A stretch of 64,000 bases of DNA from Octopus vulgaris (GCA_951406725.2 OX597816.1:32612001-32676000); one strand, 5' to 3'; numbered from the stretch's first letter, positions 40,815-55,953 are shown. Numbers and translations are program-made. The notes: a model not told the origin generated them from the letters alone.

Positions 40815-41220
40815 AGCAAGCCATCAGAATCGTTAGCACGCCGATACAGGGTCTTAGCGGCATTTCGTCCGCCTTACGATTGTGAGTTCAAAATCCGCCT
40901 AGTTTTAATAAAGTTTTCATCTTTTCAGCGTCGTTAAACTAGGTAACACATATACACTGGCGTCGACTTAATCAACTTGGTTCCAAATCAGGAAATGCTG
41001 GTCTTGTGCCAAAATTTGAAACCGTTTATTCTGGCCTTTACATCAGTCGTTGTGAAGGCAGATATGTCCGTCTTCAGGTTTTGAGTCGAAATTCTGAAGA
41101 GGCTGACGTTAGTTTTCATCCTTTCGGTTCCCTAAAAATAAGTACCGGTTGTATAATGGGATCGAAGTAATCGACTTTGCTACTCATCCAAAATTGTCCG
41201 CCTTGTGCTAACAGTTTCAA
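40815..41220 (+). mobile_element. Two tandem decayed family B SINEs
   Basis: CAGAATCGTTAGCACGCCG...GAGTTCAAAATCCGCC...TTTCATC...CTTGTGCCAAAATTTGAAACC (40815-41025), then a headless second copy (41065-41220). Confidence 0.75.
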
Positions 41221-41347
41221 GCTGATATATAGTTCTGCAGTTGTTGTTTACATATGCTTCCAGGGAAGAAGACGCTAAATACAACTTATTTGACTTAGTT
41301 TGTGAGTTCTTACATACGCACATGCATACGTTTGTTCTTAGGTATGA

Positions 41348-41495
41348 ACGTATGTATGTATGTATGTACGTACGTATGTATGTATGTATGTATGTATGTA
41401 CGTACGTATGTATGTATATATGTATGTATGTATGTATGAATGTATGTATGTATGTATGTATGTATGTATGTATGTATGTACGTACGTATGTATGT
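41348..41495. repeat. (TATG)n tetranucleotide microsatellite
   Basis: Read directly. Others at about 41757-41830 and 46709-46790. Confidence 0.95.
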
Positions 41496-44400
41496 GTGTC
41501 ATTATTCAGTTTTATTTCAAGATATCTTGCCAATAGAGAGTCGTTGTTTTCTAACCTGGATCAAAAGCTCTTTCTTTGGAATTTCAATATCAACGGCGGG
41601 GTATTTTTGTAAGTATGCATACGTGCAAATTTGTATGTTTTGATTTACGTATGTCTTCTCATTCTTATACTTGAAAATCTAGACATGCTCATATATAATT
41701 AAATGATAAACCTCTGGAAAGTTTTACAGATTTTTTTTCAGTTCCAGTGATGGATTTATGTATGTATGTATGTATAAAGGTATGTATGTATGTCTGTATG
41801 TATGTTTGTATGTATGTATCTATGTATGTGTATGCTTATGTAATCGATATGTTTTAACGTAAGTGCACGTTATGACTTATTTTCGAACATTTTATTCCCT
41901 TTTCGTCACAGCGATATTAATCAAATAGGGCAGGTTGTTACTAACATGATGAATATATGGTATAAAGACAGGAATATAAATATATTTAACAATTTATGGA
42001 GGAGACGTAATTTGGATACGGGGAATATTAAAACATGACAATGGAAATGCATATATATTAATACAAATGAACAAATATGTATGCACAAACATAAAAATAA
42101 TAAATGATGAGAAATATGAAACAAAACTAAATAGAAGATTATAAAAATATATTGCTGAGTTGTTCAAATTATTAAACATATTTCAGGTTCATGAAGTTTT
42201 ATTGTACATGTGAATGCAAGTATAGCAGCGACAATTATTTATATTGGGCAGGTGGGATGTGTAAAGGAGTACGCAGTAGACACGAGATGCTCACCATTAG
42301 TGTCAACATGCGAAGTTATTATAAAGAGAATTGAAGTAGGTTTCATAAATAAATACTTTTTTCTGCGATTAACGTATTATATGTGATGTTCAGCTGAATT
42401 CTGTATTTTTGTGATAACGTAAGCGTTATGAAGAAGTAAATGCCTTATCTGAAGGTGTTTCAAAATAAGGAAAATAATTGTACAAATGGTACGCTTCACA
42501 TTACCTTTACATATGGTACGACTTCAGTGAGGCATGTACTTCTTTTCGGATTATATTAGTACACAGGTTAGAGCAAGTAGAATTGTGATTGAGAGACCAA
42601 GAAATGACAGAGAAGAAAATGGAGAAAAGTAATAGCACCTATATGAAATAAGATATTTTATTAATATTCTCTATGATATTTTGAAAAGATAATTTTAATT
42701 TATGATAACAAATTACAACTAATCAGTTGTCTTTCCTCAGTAGACTCACAATGAAACTTAGTAAGATTTCTAGGACCTCTGGTAATCGGTGTATACAGGC
42801 TCGGCTATTGCGCTTGTGAAACTCAGTTGAAGCAACAGTTGACCAATCAATATGATTAATCTTTCATTTCTGAGCAAAAATTATATTCTTTCACTGATGA
42901 TGTAAATTTCCAATTTTCATGAAGAAAAAATGCCTATGAACATCATTATTTTTCTTGACAAAGTAAGTAGTAAATCGAATATAAAATCGAGCACTGCTAG
43001 TCGTTCTAACTTTACACTTAGTGAACAAATGTACAGTCGCCGTTATTCTCCGTAGCAAGTTGTGTATTTAAATTTACCAACAATATTGCCAGCTACGCTA
43101 TTTAATTTAGTTGTTACTAAGCTATTAGTTTGTTCACCTAATTTATTAGATCAATTTTAGTGATATAAGGATATGTGTTGGCTGTAGTGTTTAAACAGCC
43201 CTGTTAAATTTTTTGAACACCCTGTCATATATCTTTGCAGTAATAATTCATGTAATTACAAATTCCGGTTTCGCAATAAGATTATTTGAATCACTCTCTC
43301 AACAGAGAAACGGTATCTTGCAATAAACAACTTCTTATTTTATCCTTATCAGAGGGTGGTTGTAATGACTACGTGTTTGAAGTTAGTTTAAAATGAGTGT
43401 TTGTTGGGTTACCTATGAAATAATATATGACAAATATGCTTAGGAGGAATGTCCGTTTTCAGTACTTGTAAAACAAATATTTGAATGTAAGCCCATATGT
43501 TTTTGATTTAAAGAAAGTGAATTTACGAAGATATTTCGAACTTGATACATTTCCACCAATATAAAAATGTGTATAATTCCTACAGTTATATTTCATAGTA
43601 CTAATAACAAATTTATGATGAACACATTTAGCGAGCGAACCTTTAACCCACTAATTCCATCATAATCTATCCTTCTTTTCTTATTAACAGCTATATTATT
43701 CACAGTGACAAAAACACTGCTAATTGTCCTTGGTTTCATTGGATGATTGCCGATCATTATTGTTTGGGTTGATCACCTTCCTATATATCTTAACCATGGT
43801 ATTCCTTGAATACATCATATTTCTATACTTGAGATCAGTGTTTCCGTAATATGAAACTGTTTCTTTGCATCATATATGTTTTGTTATAATATACAGTATT
43901 CCTAAATATTTTTCATTGACAGAAGATTACTTGTGAAAATATTCTTCAGGAAATTATGCTTAATTGAATTTGAACGATTTGATAATCTTTGTTTGTAATG
44001 TAAATTTTCATTCGACTTCTGGTACTGGCAATAGGTATTGGAGTCAGGTTTTAACGTTAAATCCAGGAAATGAACTGAATTTATTACTCTCCGAACGTGA
44101 TGGATAAATGGAAATTTCGGACGAATATTTCAGTGTATTTGCTAATTCTTTCTAGTTGACGATGCAATTTATTATATACAGTCACGCGAAACTCATCCCA
44201 TTATCAACCTCTCTGCAGTGTAAGAATATATTTACAATGCTCTGTCAGTAGATATATGCCCCCAGCTGAGTCACATTAGCATCGATAGCCGAACCCATTG
44301 TCATTTCCAATTCATTTTCCCAGCAGCTCTAGTACTAAGTTCAGCCTATCAATAGTGGTAGGTATACTATTAACTACGCTACTAGTTTTAATTTTTCTCA

Positions 44401-44667
44401 ATTTTACATATCTCCGAGATGTGTGTTCATTCAAAAATACCATTGTTTCACATCGAAATTTATATATTATTTTAATAGTGCGAGTGTTTAATTAGGAAAA
44501 AATATGACCACTCTGTAGAATAACACTGTTTTTTTAACACACGAATTTGCATCAAGTAATCAAGTATTCCACAAAACAAATACATAAAAGTATTTATTAT
44601 ATATTTCTGCACAATTAATAATGCAGTTTAGTTCCCAACAATATTCAAATCGTTTTCTGCAAACATA

Positions 44668-44885
44668 TTTATTTTTTATTGCCCACAAAGGGCTAAACAT
44701 AGAAGGGCTAAATATAGTCGATTATATCGACTCCAGTGTGTAATTGGTACTTATTTAATCGACCCCAAAAGGATGAAAGGTAAAGTCGACCTCGCGAAAT
44801 TTGAACACAGAAGGTAGCGGCAGACGGAATACAGTTAAGCATTTCGCCGGGCTTGCTAACGATTCTTCCAGCTCGCCGTCCTATT
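44668..44885 (-). mobile_element. tRNA-derived SINE, family B, with 9-bp target-site duplication
   Basis: Homologous to 51616-51847. GCAAACATA occurs at 44659-44667 and 44888-44896. Confidence 0.85.
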
Positions 44886-45275
44886 CAGCAAACATACATA
44901 TTTGATGATCTTCAGTTTTTCTCTCGATCATGATAGCATTGTATTAGATATGTTTAATTTCAAAATTTGCAGCTGGGTCTATTGTAATTAGATTTAATAG
45001 GAAGGCACACTTAAAATGCATATATATCTACACATGTATATGACCCTCTACTTTCTTTCCCTGCACGAGGAAGCAATGTTTACAATGAAACATTTCAAGG
45101 AGTAACCTACGTCCACTATATTTTTATTCCCTGAACGTGAACATTGGATATATACATCATATACGTCACACGCCCCATTATGAACTCCCTCACTACACAA
45201 ACATACAGATATTACATATAAATAGCAGAGATACCCGGTGTTGGTCGGGATTAAAATGGCATATGTTTTTATTGT

Positions 45276-45570
45276 TTTACTTGTTTCATTCATGTAACTG
45301 CAGCCATGCTGGAGCACCGACCTTGGTCGAAGAAATCAACAAGATTTATTACTTCCAAGCCTAGTACTCATTCTGTCAGCGTCTTTTAACAAATCGCTAA
45401 ATTACGGGAATATGAACAAAGCAACACCAGGTGTCAACCAAGAGTGGTATAAAGACACAAGACACACGCACACATACACGCTAAAAGACACACATATATA
45501 CGTGAGTTTTCTTTCAGCTTCCGAGTACGAAATCCATTCACAAGATTTTGGTTGGCCTGAGGCTATAAGA
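45276..45570 (-). mobile_element. Decayed family A SINE
   Basis: TTTTACTTGTTTCA, GCCATGCTGGAGCACC, AGCCTAGTACT, TTCTTTCAG and AAATCCA.TCACAAG, as in the other copies. Confidence 0.8.
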
Positions 45571-45588
45571 AGTGTATATATATAAATA

Positions 45589-46410
45589 TATTAGCTGATA
45601 TACTTGGTAGTTCCTGGGAAAGTGGATTTATCCCTTGGATCCGTTCTCATAATTGTTTCACTAATCCAGTAACAACAATACAAAAACGGTCTTTGTTCAT
45701 TTACAGACAATACCGAACTGTCTTACAGAGGATCTTGTTTTAAGGAAATCCCCGTAAGTTATGAATACCCAAATTATGAATTCAAGTATGTAATAACATG
45801 AAATTAATTACCGTAAAGTAAGAATTCAAATAAAGTGTCCCCGGAAAGGGCTTTAATACGTTCCAAGACTATATAAATTTTAGGATGAAATACTATTAAG
45901 ATATGTATAATAAATTCGTGAAACATGTTACGTTATAACAGGCGAATGAGATATGCGATAATAATAATTCAATGTAATTAACTGTGAAAGAAAGCTTTTG
46001 TGCATTCCCAGAGAATAGGGCTGTTATATTCGTGAATAAGTCCCTAACCGGAAGAAGTGGATATATTGTTTAGGAGAATACTATTTACTTGTTTAAGCGT
46101 TGTATTGGATAAATTGAGAAAATAACTAAAATAGTTCAAATGCAAGAAAGAAGCATACTGAAGATGAATGGGTTATTTCCCGTGGAAGCTTAATAATAAT
46201 TACGTGATCGTTCACTCACGCCCAAATATTATTCCTCCCGCCGTTTACCCAAAGAATTTTTCGAAAGCAATTTTGCTTAAAATTTCTCCAGACACATAAG
46301 TAATGTGCGTGTGAACTTTGAGAAAATCGATCTAGCCGTTTTGGCTCAAAATGAGGACATACTGATAGACAAACACACACACATATTTTCAGTTTTAATA
46401 TGTAAGATAT
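45589..46410 (+). mobile_element. Probable Helentron-associated interspersed element (HINE/DINE-1-like)
   Basis: One end reads TAtTAGCTGATATACtTGGtAGTTCCtGGG. The other end reads AACTTTGAGAAAATCGATCTAGCCGTTTTGG...GACATACTGATAGACAAACACACAC...TTTTAATATGTAAGAT. This end architecture is typical of such elements. A better-preserved end hairpin, TAGCAGAGATACCCGGTGTTGGTCGGG, lies at 45223-45249. Confidence 0.5.
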
Positions 46411-47190
46411 ATACAAGAAACTTATCATTCAACGGAATTTTTTCTAAAAGTTAAACCCAAGTGTGATAATCATCCAAAATGCGTTGCCCAAGTGTTGTTC
46501 TGCTTTGTTTACTAAACATTCTCGAGTGAATTAATTGTGAATTCTCGTCTGTTTTTGTTCGTGTTCTAATTCAAAATAGTGACTAAAACATGTTTCTCCA
46601 TGTTGAAAGTTTTGAGAAAAGCTTCAGATATAGTTTTTAACATGAAACCAATGTACAATTATTTTTATCCACCAATCCGGTGTTGGGCTCTCATTGTCAT
46701 GTATATAAGTATGTATGTATGTATGTATGTATGTATGTATGTATGTATGTATGTATGTATGTATGTATGTATGTATGTATGTATGTTTGTATGTACTTGT
46801 GTATGCATATACGTATGCATAAAATTCAAGTAATGCCACATATAATGAAGTGAAGGAATAGGTAGATACATTCAGCGCGTAAAGTTAAGTATGAAACGGT
46901 GATTTTGAAAGGTGCAGCTAACGGCAAAAATTTATATCTGAATAATGATGAGTGAGAGAACAACAATTCTGCATGTAAAACGATAAAAATGAGTAGAAGT
47001 ATAAACATACAAAATAATTGGTGTTAGGTAACATTATGATGATTATATCTATTACATGAGTACAAATCATTAAGACGAAACTGTTTTTTTGCACATCTAT
47101 TACTAGCTTACTTCTTATGATTTACATAACATCGTGATAAAAAGATACGCCATAATCTAACCTGATGCTAGCTTTTATCAATTTATGTTT

Positions 47191-47303
<113 letters not shown>

Positions 47304-47322
47304 TGTGTATGTATGTGTGTGT

Positions 47323-47355
<33 letters not shown>

Positions 47356-48592
47356 CACATCTGTGTGTATTTGTGTGCGTCTCTGTGTATGTATATGTAT
47401 ACGTGATATAGCTAGATTTTTCACAACACTAAATAGTTTGAATGTTTCGCTATAGTGCATCGGAGGATTTAATTCAGTTTCAACTCGGACAATCGTTACA
47501 GAAAACGGATATTTTATCTGTATTCAATGTCATACGCGGCAAGTACATTTCAAATGAGAAAGGATAGTCTTCGAAGGCATTCCACGACAAAGCCGACATT
47601 TACATTGCCAAACCTTCTCGCTGATATAATTGAAAATTATCATTTGTCTTTTCGAAGCGGTATGTATATGAAAAAAAAAGGTCCATTCTGTTTGATATTG
47701 TTTCATCGAATGAATATGGATAAAATGTTTTAGAAATTGTGATGTATTCTCGGCTAATATTTAGAGGGAGAATGCAGACGTCAATTTAGGGTATTCTCTT
47801 GAAACTGCAACTCTCATTGACGTTCACGTGTATAAATGATTCTGTGTATCTACTTGCCTTATAAGCATTCTTTCCACGTAAGCTGATAATGATTGGAAAT
47901 TCTACTTCCCAGAAGCAGTATGGATGAAGATGGCTTTAGTTTATTGAATTGTTGACAATGCATATTTGATCAAGTGCAGGTTATTTTTTACCTTTTTTAC
48001 GTCTCTTGATGGCAACACACAATATGATTTTGGACGCCCATTGAACACATTCTCATGGCAGCGGGGAAACATATTTTGAAAGCGACCGAATTTTGAATGC
48101 TAAGTAAGTACAGATAAATCACAGAACAAAAACTTTGCACAAAGCCTGAAATTGCATTCCAGCACACATTCAAATAAATTGCATCAACAGCGAAAAAACT
48201 ACCAGTAGTCCACCATTGAATCTTCAGTTACAGTTACCCAGCGTCCACCTTACTAAATGTACGAGAATATGATTTCTTTTTTTATTGCATATAGAAATAA
48301 TCACATTAATTCATGTTTCGTAGAAAATTGTTTTATTTTCCAGTTCCAGAATGATTAATATATTCTAATGGTTTTATTTGAACCTCATATACAGAAAGCA
48401 ATTCCTTTCGACGCTTACATTCTTAGTATTTGTTACATTTGAAATTTGTCCACGCATTATTTTATATTCCTTTATCCTACCCTTTCACAGAAATTTATTA
48501 AACATAGATATTTCCTTAATAATGCAGCGACGATTTCGAGTAATTTTTTCAGAATTTCATAAAACAACACACACACACGCTTATATTCTCAA

Positions 48593-48671
<79 letters not shown>

Positions 48672-49078
48672 TGAGAACGTAGTTCTCGCAACTATACAGT
48701 GCAATGATCAATGGAAGGAACTCTAATAGACAATAGTTCCCCATAATCTTCTACTTCAATATTAATATAAAGAGAACAGATAAATTTTTAGTTATTACTC
48801 TATTCAATAATCACCTAAAAGATAATTGCAATATAGATTGGTCACTATTACAATATACCTATAATACATTAATTTGTATGTAAGTATGTATGTATGTATG
48901 TATGTATGTATGTATGTATATATATATATATATATGTATATATACTTATATAAATATATATATATGTATATATATATGCACATATATATATGTATGTATA
49001 TATATTTATATATATATATATATATATGTATGTATATACATATATATATATGTTTTATTTATATAAATATATATATTC

Positions 49079-49147
<69 letters not shown>

Positions 49148-49661
49148 GATAGACATGGAAATATTCAAAATATATCAGAAAATATGTACACGGAAACAAA
49201 ATTAATAACTACATATAATTATATTTAATTGCAATAAATGAAATTATGCAAAATTGTAAATTATGTTCTATAATTTGACAGGAGAATAATTATTTTATAT
49301 TTCAAATACTTCTCTGTAAAAGAAATGGGTGCTTTAAATATTTCGTACTTATTTAAATCAATATATCAATACAATAAACACTAACAATTCAACGTATAAC
49401 ATTCTACCAACAATCGACTATATACATAGTTTCTTGATGTGAATTCGTGTGTTGAAACACGTATTGTTGTATTTGGAGATGGTAATTTTGCCAGTTTAGC
49501 CAATAAAAACACAAGCACTATATATTTGGTGTTCACAAGATTCAGCTTTATTTTTTATTCATTGTATTTCAGACAGATTTCTTTCGTCACGCACCTGTGA
49601 CATCACCGGGAGTCCTATTTATTCTTTCCCCAAATACAACTCTCTCTCTCTCTCTCTCTCT

Positions 49662-49785
<124 letters not shown>

Positions 49786-50429
49786 AGCTTACCTGCCAAG
49801 CGCACTGGCATCATATGCTAGCCAAAGCGATGCAAGGCGTAATGTCACCGGATATGTATAAAATATACAATAGTCTTATTGATCAGATGATTACATAATG
49901 TGCATTTGGATTCCCACTCACACACATGCGCGCGCTCGTGTATAGATTAGTGCTGTTCATGTAGAAATCTCACTCCTGTTATATAAATCGTGTTGCAAGA
50001 GAAAATATCCACACTGTTGTGTATGACTTCATGCTGGATAAAAAAAAATGTTTCTTTCTTGCAATTATATTGTACGTAATAATGTGATTTGTCCCAATTC
50101 TAGAAGGAATGAGAGCATCCAGATCAAAGTATTGGAAATATAAATTATAAAAGAAATGGTAAAAATGACATGATCAAAATATGAAGAAAATAATAGCGTA
50201 AATAGAATACAATGAAACAGAAATATGTAGGTGAGAGATGAGATGCACAGAAACGGACAAGCTGAAGATTGAACGTTGAAGAATACTGATCGCACCGCAT
50301 CTCCACATATATGCTTATGGAGAGAGATATTTCAATTTCTAAAGAAAAAAAAAACAAGCTCTTTAATTCTGTATTATAAGCAAGCCGTTTTCATCACAGA
50401 TATTAATTAAGGTTGAAATTATAGAGTTT

Positions 50430-50476
<47 letters not shown>

Positions 50477-50872
50477 CAACATCGTCATCATCATTATCGT
50501 CGTCGTTGTCGACACCTTCAACTTCATACACATCACTATCATCAATCTCATCAACATCCGCATCATCATCAGCAGCATCATTGGGGGTTAGATTATGTTT
50601 TATGTCGTACCAACATTCCTATTAATTATCAGAATTCTTATAACTATGTTCAATGTTAGCACACATTTCTATCATATTTTCGTTATTGTAATTATTATTG
50701 TTGTTGTTGTTATTGTTGATGATGGTGGTGGTGATGATGATGGTGATGATGATGATGATGTTAATAACGTTAATTCTGCTGCAGTTCTTCTTGTGAATAT
50801 TAAAACTACCATTATTATTATTGTTATTATTATGAATATGATTATTAGTATTATTATTATTATTATTATTAA

Positions 50873-50927
<55 letters not shown>

Positions 50928-50969
50928 TTTATTACTGTTATTATTGTTATTATTATTATCATTATTATC

Positions 50970-51006
<37 letters not shown>

Positions 51007-51073
51007 TATTAATATCATCATTATATTTGTTATCATTATTATTATTACTCTCATTTTTTTTTCTTGGTTAATA

Positions 51074-51161
<88 letters not shown>

Positions 51162-51168
51162 TATTATT
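50430..51168. repeat. Compound (GAT)n/(CAT)n/(ATT)n trinucleotide array
   Basis: Read directly. Source of the poly-Ile ORFs in the track. Confidence 0.96.
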
Positions 51169-51615
51169 AGTTTCAACGTCATCATCAACATCACATAGAA
51201 ATGTGCTGTTGTGAATTAGTTCTATCCATTCTAAAACATGTGGAATCAGTCACGACTCGGAAGAAATTTCGCTTCTGAAAAAAATGGAATAACAAATTCC
51301 CTGCAGGAAATTCAACAGAATAATATTTTATAAGCGAAACTGTTAACACTCTGCAGAGGTAGATGCATAATTTATCTTTCAATGATTCATGAAGGACAAT
51401 ATGTTAGTGCCTTCGCGATTAAGACAAATTCTTTGTGGTGGCTGCTGTTTTGATCGATGACAGCGCTGATTGTGGAAATTTATATAAAATAGCATTCCAG
51501 CCATGACCAGCTCATCTGTTTTAATATAAATAAACTGCATTGAGATATTGCTATATCGATATGTGTTTTAAATTGAAATTATATGTTTCGTTCCTCTATG
51601 CTAACTTGAGCAATC

Positions 51616-51847
51616 TGTTTCGTTACTACCCACAAGGGGCTAAACACAGATGGGAAAAACAAGAACAGACAAACGGATTAAGTCGATTATATCGACCCCA
51701 GTGCGTAACTGGTTCTTAATTTATCGACCCTCAAAGAATGAAAGGCAAAGTCGTCCTCGGCGGAATTTGAACTCAGAACATAACGGCAGACGAAATACGA
51801 CTACGCATTTCGTCCGACGTGCTAAGGTTTCGGCCAGCTCGCCGCCT
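51616..51847 (-). mobile_element. Full-length tRNA-derived SINE, family B, with 17-bp target-site duplication
   Basis: Minus-strand head GGCGGCGAGCTGGCCGAAACCTTAGCACG and B box GAGTTCAAATTCC. Exact TSD TGCTAACTTGAGCAATC at 51599-51615 and 51848-51864. Confidence 0.93.
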
Positions 51848-52502
51848 TGCTAACTTGAGCAATCGTCTTTAACTTAAGACACCGGCAGTTCAAAGCATTG
51901 CAAGTGGATTTGGTAGTCGTATATACGTATGTATATATAGGCGTGTATGCCTTTGTATTTGTGATAGGTTTCTACCCCACTATCACTTGTCTAACTTTGC
52001 TGATTTAGCAACTTTGCATAAGGAAAACGCTGAAATCATGCGTAATGACTTTGACATATTTGACTAAACATTTCAATGACTGGAACTTGTAAGAGATGAA
52101 AGATACAAGTTAATGGAAAACGGCAAAGAAGACATACAATTGTATGCTTAAAAGTTTATATTGCAACTCATGCTAGCGACTTATCCCAATGGCTTTAGCG
52201 TGCATGACGCCTTCTCTCATCATTGATGAGTTAAACTACAGAAGAGGCGCAATTTGGTTGCAGCTTAAGTGTGTCATTACACTGATCACAACAGCTAAAT
52301 ATATATGTTTTAGATTTAACACCCCTGAATGTAGATTAGCACTAGAAAAGTAAATCGTGCCTTTAAATTCAGGTGACTAAAATTTTACTACGGGAAAATC
52401 TCTTGCAACTTCAGTCTCATTTGCAACAATTTGGATGATAAACAAATGTTCCACCGAGTATAACTATAAAGTAAGTTAACCCAAGAATATCGACATATAC
52501 AA

Positions 52503-52925
52503 CATCATCCTCGTCTAATGTCCGGTTTTCATGCTTGCATTGGTTGGACGATTTGACTGAGGTCTGGCGAACCAAACTCCAATCTGATCTGGCAGAGTTT
52601 CTACAGCTGGATGCCCTTCCTAACGCTTTTACGTGCCACTGGCACGAGGGCCAGTTAGGTGGTACTAGCAACGGCCACGCTCAAATGGTGCTTTTTATGT
52701 GCCAACTTTGCAGGAGCCAGTCCAGCGGCATTGACAACGACCTCGGTCGAATGTTTTTTTTTTCACGTGCCACCAACACAAGTGTTAGTAAGGCGACGCA
52801 GGTAACGATCACGCTCGAATGGTGTTTTTAACGTGCAATCGGCTCGAAGGCCCCCTTGTTGCTCTGGCAACGATCTCACTCGTATGGTACACTTAGCTCT
52901 CCACTAGCAACGGATGCCAGTCATC
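52503..52925 (-). mobile_element. SINE/LINE-tail-like repeat with four to five internal units of about 66 bp
   Basis: (CAT)n-like end, TTTCTACAGCTGGATGCCCTTCCTAACGC block, then units starting TTTT(A/C)(C/T)GTGC at about 52627, 52692, 52759 and 52825. Confidence 0.6.
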
Positions 52926-54562
52926 GAGTTTATGAGAATTTGTTTGGGCGTTTTAAAAAGCTACTGATTCTCAAAGTGTGTAGCCGTTTTTAAAGTTGGT
53001 GATACATTTATTCAAATAGCATACCATTTTCGATACATCTTATCTAATCAACATGAAATTAAATCAATATAGGTTTATAACAATTTAAAGTTACAAGGTA
53101 ATATTTCCAAGAACATATTTAAACGAACGAATGTTCAAATGTCAGAAATTTCAATGAGTTTCACAGTGATTGACTGTAATATAAGTGTAAGTTTTCGAGG
53201 AATATCACAACAAATATTCTTGAGCGAATGTTCAGTCATATTGAGAAAGAGGAAAAAGATGGAGAGAAAGAAAAACACTTTGTTTTACAAATTCTGTCGT
53301 GGTCCTTGTAGGATTTATTTTCTCAAAGTCAGTCGAAGTGCACGAACCTCTTTAAATTGTTCGTTTGTTAGAGCTTGAAATGTTTTAATTCCAAACCTTT
53401 TAGCACATATATATTTTTAAGATAAAGGTTGAAAATTTGTTGGGTTGTAATTTTGATGACCTCTTTTGTTTTTCTGTTTTGTTTTCGGGACGCCCAGCGT
53501 TCAATGGGAGCTACTTTTAGTGTATATGCGTGTCGGTGTGTGCGCAGTGAGTCTATATGTCTAAGCATGTAAATGCGTATATAGACGGGTCTTCATATGC
53601 GATATTATGCTGAAATTTAGCAATCCTTTAAGCCATCTATATCACACAAAACGAGTTACAAATATACTGGCTTAAGATTAGAAATCACAAGCATTTATAT
53701 CTATACATAATTATACTTCAACGCGTATTCTTTAATTATGCGAAGATGACATATAGGTTTTACGTAACTTGTTTTATTGATATAAAACCTAAACATGTTA
53801 ATCATTTTTAGTTTTCTCTAATGGATATCAATAATTCATAATGAGACAGATTGTGGCGTCTTTTATATTTACTTGATATAAGCTGGATGCATTAACGTTG
53901 TATATAACATATGTTGCTATTCGAGTTTCGATTTCTTACTACATTTATAAATAAGTAAATAATTTTAAGAATCACAGATCATGAACAATTTTCATGGTGT
54001 ATGAATGACATTTATATATTAATACAAACTAATGTGTGTACAATATACTCATGATCTGATTTTTTTTATTTAGCGACCAAAAATGCATAAAATAAACTGC
54101 CAACATCCAAAATTCTCAAATATGTTAATTATAAGATTACGTCATTAATACATTTGAAATTAATTCATTTCACGTACCTGTATTTGCATACATATAAATA
54201 GATACATTCAGGCATTGGTTTATAAGAAACACCATATAATTTCAAATTATCCCTAGAATAATTTCACTGCAATGCAAATAAGTACATTCGAGTATTAGAA
54301 TATTAATTATTACTTTTTCAATATATCTGTCAAGTATTTTGTAAACTGGTAAATTTTGTGCAGTTATCAGGTTTCAGAACTGCAGCTCCATATTACAATG
54401 TCTAGACGGAACACCTAGCAATAAGCCTTTACTATGTATTATAAACAGAATATGTTATACGGAATATGCATTGTGGCTATTTTGCTTCCAATGAAATCCT
54501 GCATATGAGTAAAATAGCTTCTCTTGACAGTTTTCAGAAATACATTTAGATAAATATACGTA

Positions 54563-54600
<38 letters not shown>

Positions 54601-54687
54601 TACACGACATCAAACAAAAACGTTGAACACAATGAGAAACGAAAACGTAAAAACAAAAACATACAAACGAGGCATGCAACACAAAGG

Positions 54688-54718
<31 letters not shown>

Positions 54719-54767
54719 CATACGTACATACATACATAAATTTGTGTGTATTTGTGTGTGTATGTAG

Positions 54768-54804
<37 letters not shown>

Positions 54805-54936
54805 CGATCGCATATGTTCACTGTATGTATTCAGCGTGTTTGCCACTCATTCTCCAAGCACTGACCAATAAAGAAGGTGCGGTCTACAATATTTGGAACA
54901 ATAGCGGAGCTTTTAATACGTATATTCTATGTGAGC

Positions 54937-55000
<64 letters not shown>

Positions 55001-55445
55001 CAGCAGAACCGTTTAACACATTTATTTTTTTGTGATATTTGATATGCTATCAATTTGGCTGATTTAATCTTAAATACTGGAAAATTTGCTCAATAGAGAA
55101 ATTGTTTTTGCATCAAGTCACATGACCCTGTTGTTGACCGAATTAGTTGCAAAAATAGGTGGTTTTAACTGTTTTATCTGTTGTTTGCAACAGAGTTTGT
55201 TCCCAACGCAGGAAAATACCTTACTCCTGTGGAGCGTATCCATTGATATATAAACACGATTCTGTGCCGCTCTTTGTCTTCGCACCAACCACCATTCACC
55301 AGACACTAGCTAGTTTCACAACTTTCTTCAACGAGTGTTGCCTCACTTCATCGTTGTAGCAACATACACCAGACCACAACACATTATCAGAACCAACAGA
55401 ATTGAAGTCCATTGAATATTTGCTCGCGACTATAGAATTATCATC

Positions 55446-55824
55446 AGGAGTGGCTGTGTGGTAAGTAGCTTGCTTACCAACCTCATGGTTCCGGGTTCAG
55501 TCCCACTGCGTGGCGTCTTGGGCAAGTGTCTTCTACTATAGCCGCGGGCCGACCAAAGCCTTGTGAGTGGATTTGGTAGACGGAAACTGAAAGAAGCCCG
55601 TCGTATATATATGTATATATGTATATACGTGTGTGTTTGTGTGTCTGTATTTGTCTCCCCAGTATTGTTCGAAAACCGATGCTGGTGTGTTTACGTCCCC
55701 GTCACTTAGCGGTTCGGCAAAAGAGACCGATAGCATAAGTCCTGGGGTCGATTTGCTCGACTAAAGGTGGGGCTCCAGCATGGCCGCAGTCAAATGACTG
55801 AAACAAGTAAAAGAGTAAAAGAGT
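55446..55824 (+). mobile_element. tRNA-derived SINE, family A
   Basis: AGGAGTGGCTGTGTGGTAAG, GGTTCAGTCCC, CORE-like CTTGGGCAAGTGTCTT and tail AGTAAAAGAGTAAAAGAGT. Confidence 0.92.
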
Positions 55825-55953
55825 TTACCCTTTGGCTATTTTCTCTTATTATAACCACAAGAATAACTGGTCGTTTTTTTCAAATTATGCAAGTTTTTTC
55901 GTTCTTCTGTCCACACCACGTCAACCTAATTTGTAAGCTATGAACTCAACTTT

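Noticed and set aside
42446-43226. Tc1/mariner MITE defined by a CAGGGTGTTCAAAA end at about 43211-43224
   Set aside because: Only one convincing terminus; the putative partner is too degenerate and no transposase remnant is visible.
52627-52920. CRISPR array
   Set aside because: The repeats are degenerate, the spacers are related to each other, there are no cas genes, and the context is a eukaryotic retroposon.
55446-55520. tRNA gene (also the heads of the other SINE copies)
   Set aside because: A/B boxes are present but continue into SINE bodies, and no complete cloverleaf is evident.
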